A stretch of DNA of 64,000 nt from Chrysomallon squamiferum (taxonomy: Eukaryota; Animalia; Mollusca): contig CM022675.1 of assembly GCA_012295275.1 (NCBI GenBank), positions 11,966,001 to 12,030,000 on the forward strand. The letters run 5' to 3'. Shown one piece after another: positions 47,780 to 61,066 of the stretch. Below the pieces are notes generated by a model. The model was not told the origin of the DNA. It saw only the letters and a list, made by a program, of their open reading frames with translations, and made no database searches. Position 1 is the first letter of the stretch. The number at the start of each line of letters is the position of its first letter. A program made the position numbers and the translations under genes.

Positions 47780-48125
47780 CTATTCCTGTGGAATGTCCAG
47801 CTTAATGAACTCCGTCTCATCCTCCTCCTCCTCGCATTCCGTTTCTTCCACTTTTGTTTGTGTCTCTGGCGTTCCCATGTTTTCAGTGGAGTCTTCCTTC
47901 ATCACGCCATGATACACTGCCCACTCCTGGACCTCCCCAGACCCCAGGACCAAATACACCAGTGCACCGAACAGGGACACAATGGCAGCAGTTAAAAAAA
48001 CGTTTCTCCACTGATTCTGAGTCCCCTATGAGTGTAATTTGAATAACAGGATTAACAGTTATGTAATGATAAGGTAAGTGATTAAGATAGAAACTCTTTT
48101 TTGACTGCCCAGGTGATTTAAATAG

Positions 48126-48202
<77 letters not shown>

Positions 48203-48556
48203 GGAAATATATATTTTAAAATTCAGAAATCATTCACTCAGGATCAAATGGGTGGCTACAAGTAGAGTATTTCTGACTGTATCTGATGGGGAATTCAATG
48301 AGGGAGTCTAGATGAAACAGACCAGTGCAACAACAGAATCCACCAGTTTTACTTAATTTTGGTCAGTTCAAAAGTCCATTCAGATATATTGTTATGTTCT
48401 AAGCAACAAACAATCATGTCCTCAATGTCACAGTTTGTTCTTTCTATGGACACTTGGCTCTGCAGATGAATAGTTTCTCTCTGACAATCACCAAAGTTCA
48501 GTTCAATGATTACACATATATTCATGAATTATAGACATTTCCTGTAACATACATAA

Positions 48557-48587
<31 letters not shown>

Positions 48588-49763
48588 ATTTTAGAACAGG
48601 ATCAGCTGGATTACTCCCATTTTCTGAAATGACACAGAAAAGCAGTACAACTAGTTTTCTTGGCCATCGTCACATAATTATGTAAAAAAAACCCACAAAA
48701 CGTTTCTTACCTCTTGGGTCAGAACCGACATCACAAATGGCGATAATATTCCCGGGGCTATGGAGAAGGTGTGCGAGATACCAAACAACGTGCCTGCAAA
48801 TGCTGGTGCGATGTCTGCGTGGTTGATGAAGTAGCCGCTGTAGAGCAAACCTCTGATACAAACAGTCAGAGTCAACATGGCCACTGCTAGTTCAGGTTCT
48901 GTGCAGTGTATGTACCCAGTGCCGATGAGGAACACTGAAGACCCAACATGGCCTGAGAACAGTTAATTTTATACATTTACTTGTTAACAGAACCTTAGTT
49001 AATGTGAGCAAAAATAATCAAATTGTTTTTTTCAGTTAACAAGTATGGAATGATTAGACCTTTTTCAGTAAATATGCATAAAATAGTTACACTTTTCAGT
49101 TAATGTGTGTAAAATAATTACACGTTTTTCAGTAAATGTGTATAAAATAGTTAATCTTTTTCAATCACCTTTTTCTTTGTTGTTTTTTTTGGTTAATATG
49201 TATAAAATAGTCACACTTTTTCAGTTAATATGTGCAAAATAATTACATATGTTTCAGTATATATATATATATAAAAAATAATTACACATTTTTCAGTAAA
49301 TATGAATAAAGTGGTCATATTTATCAAATTAATATGTATAATATAATCACCTTTTTCTGTTAATATGTATAAATTATTCATCTATCATTTTCAGTTAATA
49401 TTATTACTAATATTTTCAGCTCATATTAATACTGACTAACATTTCCATTTAATTCTACCAACATTTTTAGTTAAAATGTTGACACAGACCAAATATTATC
49501 AGTTAGTAGTGATGCAGATCAAATAGTGTATGTATGTGTATGTACATGGACAGGATAGAGATATGAATGTGCATGCATATGTACACACATAAAACTAAAT
49601 AATAATAATAATAATAATGATAATAGTAATGATAATGATAATAATAATAATAATAATAATGATAATAGTAATGATAATGATGATGATGATAATAATGATA
49701 ATTATAATAATAATAATAACAATAATAAAAATAATGATGATGATGATAAAAATAATAATAATG

Positions 49764-49809
<46 letters not shown>

Positions 49810-50876
49810 ATCAAAACAGAATCTACCTAAAGTTGTCATAAGTTTTCTTGTCCAGCCTATAGACAAAATCTTTTTAATGATTAAATAATCTGCTGTTATG
49901 CCTGAAATGATTATAATTGGCCAGCTCAGTAGATGAGGTAACATTGAATGAATTCCATTCTGAAAAAAGTATAAGAAATATTGGTTTAAAATTTTATATA
50001 TATATATATATATACATATTATTTTTTTTTAAATTTGTATTTTAAAGATTTAAAATACTGAATCACATTTCATGATGACAATGAAAATATTGATGACGAT
50101 TATGATAGTTATTATGATGATAACGATGATAGCAATAACAAGAACAGTAATAATAACAACAACAACAACCAACAACAACAAAAAAAAAAATAAGAAAAGA
50201 AGATAAACTTACTGATTTAATATCAAATTTGAGTACTTCTCGCATATACATTGGCATTGTTGTTATCAACAGATATGACATGTACTGGCTACAGCTGTGC
50301 GTTATAATAATTGCCCAGAAAGCTTTTGACTTGAAAAATGACACCCAAGGAATTATTTTCTGAAGTAAATTAAAGAAAAGAAGAACGATTAAGATATAAA
50401 AACTCTTTATTATTATTATTTGGCTCTTCACATACTTTGTTATTAATGGCTTACTTACACTTTCTGATCACTTTAAGGTAATGAAAAGACAGATATAATC
50501 ACCGCCATAAAACAGAAACAAAATTAAAAAAGTAAAACTACTTGATTATTTTCAAACTTTTTGGACTTTTATAGTGCATTTGTGAGAAAAAGTTTAATTA
50601 CTTATATGACTGTGCAACTTATTTCCTTTATTCTAAAAACAAATAAAAAATAAAAAATTTGGATTATGATACTTATGCATGAAAAAGATTGATTACCATA
50701 AGAAATTAAAAGATAAAAATAATTAATTATGTACTTACTGGTCCTGCTGAAATTTTTTTGCCTATTGAAATTTCAATATATCTGAGTTCTAAAAGGGTTA
50801 TGTTTGGACACTGGTTTGGTTTATCATGTATAAGAGCAAGCCATAGAATACTCCAGAGGTACCCACTGATACCTAT

Positions 50877-50909
<33 letters not shown>

Positions 50910-51450
50910 ACAAACATTATATTAATCATATATTGTTAACTGTGGAATTGTGGTTACATATAATTTGGGTATGTATGTATTGGTTATTTATTAATATATA
51001 TATATATATTGTTTTTAGTTATTATTATGATTATTATTATTATTATGATTTTTTTTTTTTTTTTATTGATGTATGGAAGAATATATCTCACTGGATGTAT
51101 TTTTAGTAAATATTAGTTTTATATATTGATATATTAAAGAATATAGCTGAATTTATATATCTACCCAGCAGATTTGTTTCTGTAATTATTTTTATATTTG
51201 ATATAAGCAGTAACATATGTGAATGTATACGTGTGTACGTACATGTGTATGTGTCTGTATTTGAGTATATGTGTTTTTTAACTGAAACTATTTTTTATTT
51301 CACCCAAATAATATAAACACCAACCATTTATGTAAAATAAATTTGGCCAACCATTACCCTGCTGAGTAGCACATAAAAATCCTCCAACTGGAAAAATAAT
51401 AGCAACTCCAAACTGTCCACCTAAGAAAAACATAAAAGAAAATAAAGGAA

Positions 51451-51496
<46 letters not shown>

Positions 51497-54400
51497 TTAA
51501 TATCAATAATAATAATAAAAAAATGATGATAATAATAATAATAATAATAATAATATAATAAAAATAAAAATAATAAATAAATATAATGAATATATTTTCT
51601 GCATTTAACTGTGTGTGTGTGTGTGTGCACACAGACATTACTTAAATACAAATACATACATACATATATACATACATACCTTCATATATACATACAAATA
51701 ACCTACATGCATATGCATATATACTTACATACATATATAATCATACACATATAGATTCACAAACACATTAATGCATGCACACACTAACAAACACACACAC
51801 ACACACATGCTCATATATTCATAAAACACACATACAGTTTTGCAGATGGATATGTCCATTTGTCAGTGTGTCTGTAATACTGACCTGCATGTGTTATTCC
51901 TATAAGAAGACTTCTTTCATGGGGAGGTGCCCACTTTGCCCAAAATGCTTGAACTGAAGGATACAAAACACTCTGAAAGAAATTCAATGTGACTGTTGTT
52001 TTTTGTTCATGAAGGAAGAGGCGGGGGGGATAAGAAGAAAGTGAAACAGAATGAATGAAGGGCTTAAAAAAAAAAAGAATGAAAGATAGATTGAAAAAAA
52101 AAATAAATAAAATTGGTAAAGAAGTTAGTGAAAGATATATAACTTTCTTCTTTAAAGAACGACAAACATTTTATAAAAATATCTCACATAAAGAAAAGAA
52201 ATTAAATTTTTTAATTTTAATTGAAAATAATATTTTTTCTTACTTACATCTGCCATTCCTAGAACGAAACGACTGAAGAAAAGTGCAAATGGATTAAATC
52301 TTGCTAAAGGTGGGACTAAGCATGTTCATCGTGGACACTATTATCATTGCTATGGTGATGACCTTTTTCGCTCCAAATCGTTCAGACAGTCGTCCTCCTG
52401 GAATGTGTAGAACCATGTCGCCAAAGAATGTGGCACTTAGCAGCAAACTCTGAAGTGGTTTGCTCCAATCAAATTCACCATCCTGAAAATACAAATCATC
52501 AAACAACTATCACCCATATCCACAATTTTCAACTAAATATCTCTGAAATAATATTAATTCTCCACACACACAATTTTCATTTAAACATCTTTAAAATAAT
52601 ATTAATTGTCCACACACACAAAATTCATCAAAACAGCTTTAAAATGTCATTCAACCACCCACACAAAACTAAACATCTTTAAAATATCTATCAATCCACA
52701 CGACATTCATCTAAATATCTTTAAAACAATATCCATTATTGATACATACAATAATGAGAAAGAGAAAATATATTCACTTAAACAAAACCAAAACAACAAC
52801 AAATGGCTCAAAAAAACCCCACCATAATGCTCATGGAAAATCCTATAAATATTTATTAAAACTTAAATAACACAAAACACACCAGAAATGTTTCTTTAAT
52901 TTGCTAAAATAAGCAGGTACTAAATTATCTGTGTCCAACATTTAATTAAATATGACCAGTGACATACATAAGGCTTTGGAAAGTTATGGCAAATGTTCTA
53001 AGTGACACTCAAATAGTCATCTACAACAAAAACCATGCAGTGGTATAACCAAGCATCTGCCATAAAGTTTTTCACAAAATATTAAAAATCTTACATTTTC
53101 GGGTGGAGGGGGTCTGGACATTCGACCACAGATTTGTTGACAAACAGCTGGACATGAGGAGATGATTCTTTAATTGTCCTTCTGGCAACCATGCTGACAA
53201 TAGCAATGCTGAGGTTCAGTTTCTGGCTGTTGAAACAGACTAGACCAAGAAACCAAATCACTGCAAAGAGAAAACGGTAAGAAGTCCACCATGGCACTGA
53301 AAAAAAAAAAAAAAAAAAGAAAGTGGAAATATGTTTATATCATATGATGGATGCACACACACACACACACACATGCAAACACACTCACACACACACACAC
53401 ACACACACAGATAAAAAGACAGACAGAGAGTGAGACAGAATGTGCTTATAAAGTAGTTGCTGCTGCTAATGCAAATAACAGTAGCCTGTCATGTGGAAGT
53501 TGAGGTTTTCCTTTTCCCTGTCTACAACATCCCTTGCAGTATGTAACAGTGCCAAAGTTCTGATCATCTCAAATCTTCTAATGTATTTCACAGCTAGAAA
53601 CAAATCTAAATATCCTATTATTACTTAATTAAAAGCATATTCCTGCCTTTACTCAAGATTTAAACATATTCCTGTTTTTGCCTAAAGCATATTCCTTTTA
53701 CTATATAATTTTAAAATATTCCTGTTGCTACCTAAATATAAGAATATTCCTGTTATTACCTAAATATAAGCTTATTACTCTTACATCTGAAAGTGAGTAT
53801 ATTTCCACTGTTACTTGAATAAAAAAACAGATTATCCTACAATTAAAGCGACCATTTTGATTTAAAACATGAGTAAACTTTTCCTACCTGATTTAAGATC
53901 AATGCCTCGTATCTGCATCGGATCTCCCGCACTAGTCAGAGAGATATTCATGTGATTCATCAATCCAAAGGCTGATTTTTCTCTGTTCTGGGGAAGAGAA
54001 TACGTCGACACTATACTTTGTATAACAGTGGGCATTTTGCAGACTATAGACCTGTTGGACAAATCTTGAGGCACCGAATGATCAGGCTTTTTGTATATCA
54101 CAATCATCGGAGGTGAACCCGGTGTCTTGTCTTTCTTGTTACTTGGAGCTGTGCGTGATGTTTGGGACGTCGTCTGCTTTCTGTTGCCTTGACTACTTCT
54201 TTGAGACAGACCAAACTGATCATCGATGGCCGTTTTTTGAGAGTCGTATGAAACCACAGACGGATCCTCGCTAGTCTCTTTTCCCTGTGATGTTATCGAC
54301 AGTAATGACCTGTCTTCTTCTTTCTTAGTTAGTGACGTCGGAAGTACCGTTAATGACTGATCCACTTCACTGGAATGCACCGACTCGTTCTTTTGGTCGT

Positions 54401-54503
54401 AATCTTCATTTTGGGAAGCAAGATTCTGCTGGTCATGATGAACTGTTAGACGTGGCTGTTCGTTTTCATCTACATCTGGGTTATCCAAATTTGATGAGCT
54501 CAT
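47780..54503 (-). CDS. SLC17/sialin-like MFS anion transporter, about 712 aa, with two single-base indels as assembled
   Basis: Exons 54503-53888, 53296-53095 ([20 protein letters not shown]), 52482-52248 ([19 protein letters not shown]), 51972-51885 (KWAPPHERS), 51420-51325 (GWPNLFY), 50872-50739, 50359-50213 ([24 protein letters not shown]), 49959-49827, 48952-48711 ([15 protein letters not shown]), 48025-47780 ([14 protein letters not shown]). These are hallmark SLC17 motifs. Apparent -1 near the G run at about 53108-53112 and +1 at 52306-52308. Confidence 0.88.
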
Positions 54504-55023
54504 GGTACTGATGAACAGTTTTTTCTTAAATCTTGAATCTTTTTATTATTTATTTATTTATTTAATTATTTATTCTTTCTTTCTTTCTTAAGCACAAAAC
54601 TAATTAGTTATTTTTTTTTTCTTTAAATTATTCTGGGTGTTATTTTCTTTCCTTTCTTTCTCTCTGTCTGTTTTTTTTTTTTCTCTTGTTTCCTGTGATC
54701 AAAGCATCTTCATGATATATATCTGTTGTAAAAAGTAATTTTGTTTTATTGTTAAAATTTTCAAAGATAAGATAAAATAACATTAATCTGGCATAATCTT
54801 TAAATGTTTTTCAGTATTAACTTGTAAGAAATGTAATCTATTTAACAAGCACTAAACTAGTGAGAAAGTGTGTATGTGTTTATATAGACATAGATATACC
54901 TGTTCAGATGTCTACACAGACACACACAAATTAAATACACATACAATTTAATAATCAAAGAGCAGTAAGAACAAAGAAAATTACAAATTTTGTTGAAATT
55001 CTTTTATTATTTTAAACTGATGA

Positions 55024-55072
<49 letters not shown>

Positions 55073-55604
55073 TCTTTCTTGGTTAATGTGAAGTGTGACT
55101 CTAAAACATATCTGAAGTTTATCGTATGTTACAATGTGTTACAAACCTGGCCAGCCTATTATGAATCAATTATTCCGAAAATATCGGGAATCTTGTAGAG
55201 TCTAGATACATAGTAGATTGTCGTGACACGATTTACACTAATTATCTTAAGACATTAATTTTATAATTAACGCGATTGCCTTCATAACTATTTAATTTAT
55301 ATAAAATTTATGGTCACCATTTACCTAAATCAATATATTTTCGGTCATAGAATAATTCTTAATATTATTAATAATATTCATTCTACGTAACTTTGTAAAC
55401 TGATACATTAATAATTTAACTCTTAATGTAATTGAACTACCATCAAGGTTTACTGGGATGGAGGAAAAAAAAAGTTCAAACTGCCAACATTGTAATATGT
55501 AAAGTAGATAAATAAATACATAACGTAAATAAAGTACATACAAAAGCCGGTGAATCGGCGACATATTGTTTCCTTCCGCCATAATCAGAAGTGACTGATC
55601 CTTG

Positions 55605-55612
55605 TGACGTCA
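55605..55612. promoter_or_regulatory. CRE palindrome TGACGTCA upstream of the SLC17 gene
   Basis: Exact motif in a small CpG-enriched patch (55545-55615) about 1.1 kb upstream of the ATG. TSS unknown. Confidence 0.3.
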
Positions 55613-56053
55613 GAATTGATTGACCTAATTATAAATACGCTACTCTTGTTTATTACTATTATTACTACTAAAGTTTAAAAAGCGAAATTCAGTAAAAAGA
55701 ACAAACAACTCAATATATACAAACCGACGGTAAATATTTATTTCAAACGAGACAAAAAAAAAAAAAAAAAAGAAAATTTTTTTTTTTTACAAAATTTACT
55801 ACAATTTTAAATTAAACATCACAAAATATTTAAAATCTAAAGCATATAACGATGGATATAATTGTTAGTAATATATATATAAAATGGGATAAAGTCCAAG
55901 AATATATTATGAACTATGTCCCCTCGATATATCTAATCAGTAAAATTTAATTTAGAAAATATTTTTATGTAAAGAGAAAACTTTATTTATTTATTTTAAT
56001 TTTATTATTATTATTATTATTTTGTTAGTCTGCTACAAAGCCAGTAACAAAAA

Positions 56054-56092
<39 letters not shown>

Positions 56093-57150
56093 TTTTATTA
56101 TTATTAATTTTTTAATACAAATTTTAGATATCGTGACAGGATGTCAGTTTGAAAAATACCCATTATGAAATTAGGATATGAAATGAATGTGATCTTTCAT
56201 CAGTTATAAAGAATTTTATTTCAGTTATAACACAATTTCAGGTTTCATTAGACGTATTCAAATAGTATGAATTATATGGTATTAAAGCACATAAAAAGAA
56301 AGCATGATCCATACAGACATTCGATTTTTTCCAACTATCAGAAAAATTAATTTAGCAAAGAACACACAAACAATGTAAAGCACCATTTCTAGGAAAATGC
56401 TTTTCTTTACTTTTCTTTCTTTAATAAAATAACATAAAATAAAATATTATAAATAAATAAATAAATAAATAATAATAACAACAGCTTCAAAACAATCATA
56501 TATTAAAAAGTTGTTTTTTTAAAAGTGCCACGTGTGTGTATGTGTAAAGGAAAAAGGTGGGGGAGAAGAAAATAATCAGCTTTTGCAGCAATGGTCTATT
56601 AAGTTTCATCGCCCTTAGATTTTGATTAAAACAAAAATTTAAACCACTATCGAAACGAAACGATATTTAAGCAATTTATTAAAATTCAGCATTTATATAT
56701 AACTAATAACAAGACATAAAAATGCACACATATATATTGACAAACTACAAATACATACATTTTTTTTTCTACTTTTTTTTTCTTTCTTTTTTTAAAAATA
56801 AAATATGAAAACTATACGTAAATAAATTGATAAGATAATCAAAACTTTCTAAATTCCAGTTTCCAATTTTTATAATAATAATTAAAATAAAATTTCGTTT
56901 TCTTTTTTGGGGAAAATTTAAATTTATCCGATTCATTTGAGATTTGTATTTGATTAAAATAAATTATAATTCATTAACTGGGTTTGAGAACAAGCGAAGT
57001 ATCAATGCTTCTGTTATCATTAATAATACTGTTATTGTTAAACGAACAATAAACGTAAATAATTACTTCGTTAACAGATTGATGTAAACAAGAGCGCAAT
57101 TTCTTAAAAAAAAAAGAAAAAAAAAAGTAGAAAAAAAAAAAAAAAATAAA

Positions 57151-57215
<65 letters not shown>

Positions 57216-57616
57216 AATAAATAAATAAAATAAGAAAATTTTACGAGCCACGATAACTGGAGATACTATAGTACATATATAATTTGTGTCCTGTGTCCCA
57301 CTTCGATTTGCACACACACACACCCACACACACACAAAATCGTACGACTCACTATAACTGGAGACACTAGAAAATATACTATGATTATTATGTTTAAAAC
57401 GCTTTATAAAATGCAACGAAGCTGTTTTTAGTAACGACGCCATTATGCATCATTCGTAGATTAAATCAAACCAAAACAATAACTGAACTCTTTGAAATGA
57501 GGCAAAAAACAATTAATTGTTGTGCTAAGCGGTGCAAAAAAGAATTGGGCGACTTGAAAGTGGATATCGTTTCTAATGGAACAGAGATTTATATTTTATA
57601 TTTTTAAAATATAAAA

Positions 57617-57653
<37 letters not shown>

Positions 57654-58153
57654 TGGTCAATTTCGTTATGAGGGATTTATTCAACTGTCCCAGTGTAGTT
57701 AAGGCCATTGAAACGATCGTTTAAGTTATTTATTAATTAATTCCGAGTCCTCATACCCAGTCGAAATACTGCCAAGCCCAACCTTTAGAAATATTCGGTT
57801 ATACAGATATATATAATTTTACATTTGCATCTCGTATTTCTGCTGTAAGTAAATAAACTGATACAGTAAAATCCCATAACCTTTCTAAACTGGAATTGTT
57901 AATGAAATGCGTAGTGCATTAATTCAAAATTGAACCTAAACAAAAATAATAATTAAAAGATATGATCATAAATGCACCCGTAAAAGTTAAAATGTTCAAT
58001 TTTGCTTGATCCTACTAATATAGTTATTTTGTAATGGATATATCTATGATATGTGTGTATATTACTTAATGCTATATTTAACAAATAAAATATTAAAACA
58101 GTACTACAGCTATATGTAATACAAAACAGTAATGTAAAAAAAAGTAACATAAC

Positions 58154-58205
<52 letters not shown>

Positions 58206-58668
58206 TAATAAAATAATAATAATAATAATAATGATAACAATAATAAAAATAATAATAATAAAGGTAAAATTATCTACAGTTATAACTTGATAATACATAA
58301 CATATATATATATATATATGTACATAAATATTAAAACAACTACTTATAGCTTTAAAATATACATTTTCTAATCATCAAAACAATTTTAAAATCTAAATAT
58401 ACATGGACTACTCAGTTCAACAGCCACAAAGCATATAAAACTAACAAATGCATTTTGCTGGCAAGATTGTAAGCATAAAAAGAAAAATATTAATAATAAA
58501 ATAAACTTCAAAAATGGCAAATAGTTATTATTCCTTTAGCGGTCTTTATGGGGTGGGGAAACAACAGTTTGTTCATAAAAAGACAAAACATTTAATACAA
58601 ATCAAATCGTTACATGTGAGGCAAAACAAACAGTAAGAATAAAAAATATAATATAAAATAAATACATA

Positions 58669-58708
<40 letters not shown>

Positions 58709-59215
58709 GACTTAATAATGAGAAGAAATAAGAATATTATAACAATTCATTTTAGTATCATATGAAGTTAATATGTAAAATATGTTAAGTTTTATAAATT
58801 ATAATCAATGGACAAAAAAAAAAAAAAATAAAAAAATAAAACCTAAATAAATAAATAATTTTAAAATAATTCAAAAGTAAGTGTAACAATAACTTTTTGT
58901 ATCATATTACATCAATAAGTAACATATATTATGTTATAATATACAGTAACAACATTATTGTAAACAAGATCAGAATGTGTCATATGGATCGTTATAAGTA
59001 TACAAATGTAACATATTTATTTATATCCAACAACATGATTATCATAATGAACCTTATGAGCAAATACTGTTATATATAATAAAACAAAATAATCAAAACA
59101 ACAGCAAAGTGAAGCAAAAGGTTTCGTAAAACAGATCTTTGCAACTACAACATGAAACATAAATATTCAGATTACCCTAATCTCATATAAAATTCTAATC
59201 TCAAAGCTTTGTCCT

Positions 59216-59430
59216 AATGTCACAGCTTATGTTACTGTCACAGCTTTTGTTAACATCACAGCGTATGTTAATGTCACAGCTTATGTTACTGTCACAGCTT
59301 TTGTTAACACAACAGCGTATGTTAATGTCACAGCTTATGTTACTGTCACAGCTTTTGTTACTGTCACAGCTTATGTTAACGTCACAGCTTATGCTAATGT
59401 CACAGCTTGTGTTAATGTCACACCTTTTGC
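59216..59430. repeat. 18-bp minisatellite (ATGTCACAGCTTATGTTA), about 11 copies with a degenerate tail to about 59610
   Basis: Visible tandem array. It explains the MSQLML-type ORF at 59217-59450. Confidence 0.9.
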
Positions 59431-59916
59431 TAATCTGGCAGCAAAATTAAACAGTCTCATAACTTGCTAATTTCACAGCTTTTATTTTTTTCTTTGTCCT
59501 TTTTTTTTTAATTGTAAGCTTTTGTTAATGTCTGCACTTAATGTCTCAGCTTGGTTAATGTCATAGATTTAAGTTAATGGTACAGCTTCTGTCAGTGTTA
59601 CAGCTTAAAGTAACATCAAGGTTCTATGTTATTTGAATGCTGTGCTTTATTTTAATGTGATAGCATATACATATAATTATATGTATCTTATGTATCTACT
59701 GCTTTTGTTATTGTCTATGATTATCATAAAATAATATGTCAAACTTGAAACAATAGCAAATTAAATTCACCTATCATCGAACAGGAAAACAATAAAATTT
59801 AATTGAATGATTAAATGATTCTGCTGATTTGTTTTGATTTTTTTTTTTTTTTTTTTTTATATATATATATCTCAATACAAATACTAAATTCCATGAAATT
59901 AATTGAAATAAATGAA

Positions 59917-59947
<31 letters not shown>

Positions 59948-60645
59948 AATGTTTTAAAAAATGTGGACACTGAAAGATATGAGTGGGTGGGGTATAGTTA
60001 TGAAATAATACTGTTAATTTTTTTTTTTTTTTTATAAATAAAATATAAAATGAATGTACTGGAATTTGAAAACTATTTCATTAATTTATTATTTTTTATT
60101 ATTTTTTTTATTATTGTTTTGTTTATTTTTAATTTTAATTTATTTATTTACTTATTTATTTATTTATTTTACTTTTTTAATTTTTAAATTTTTTTTTTAT
60201 GTTTTATTTATTTTTTTGTCAGTTTAAATATTAGTTAAAAAGTGGGACACAAGTGAAAACACCATATCTTTTATTTTTCTTCTTTTTTTTTTTTTTCATA
60301 ATAATATCTTTAATTAAAGTGTAATAATATTGTTAAAATTACCTCAACCTTAACACAAATGGGATACATGCTGAATTTCATAAGAATTTTAAACTGCATC
60401 TTAAGAAATATATTTATTCACACAAGCAAAGGATCTGAAAAGTAATACATCAGCGTAACAACAACAGCATAGCATGAGCATTTCATCAGCATCGGCACAG
60501 AATCACAACAACAAAAACGCAAGAACATCATTTGAAAATAAAAATGTACAAAATGGTAAATAATTGTTTTGTTCTTTATACAGATAGATAGGTAGGTAAA
60601 TAGATAAATAAACAGATAGATAGCCAGACAGATGGATAGATAAAT

Positions 60646-60689
<44 letters not shown>

Positions 60690-60997
60690 GTAAGATATAG
60701 TTATAAAGGAGTAATAAAGATAATAACTGACAAAATGAAAGGCAGCTTAAGAAAAAAAGTAAAACTACAAACATGTCAACAAAGTGTTAAAAATACATTC
60801 TAAATTACAGTGAAAAAAAAAAACAATTTGACATATAAATATACAATATAAAAATTTCAGTGGAAATAATATAGTAACAATAATAAAACTTAAATAAAAT
60901 ACGAGAAATAAAAACTAATGAAAATTAAAGCTAAAAGATGAAGTGGAATTATTTGTTATTGTTTATTTATTTATACCTATTTTATTATTATTATTAC

Positions 60998-61066
<69 letters not shown>

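Noticed and set aside
59217-59450. Repetitive MSQLMLLSQLLL ORF
   Set aside because: Product of an 18-bp minisatellite with no flanking gene structure.
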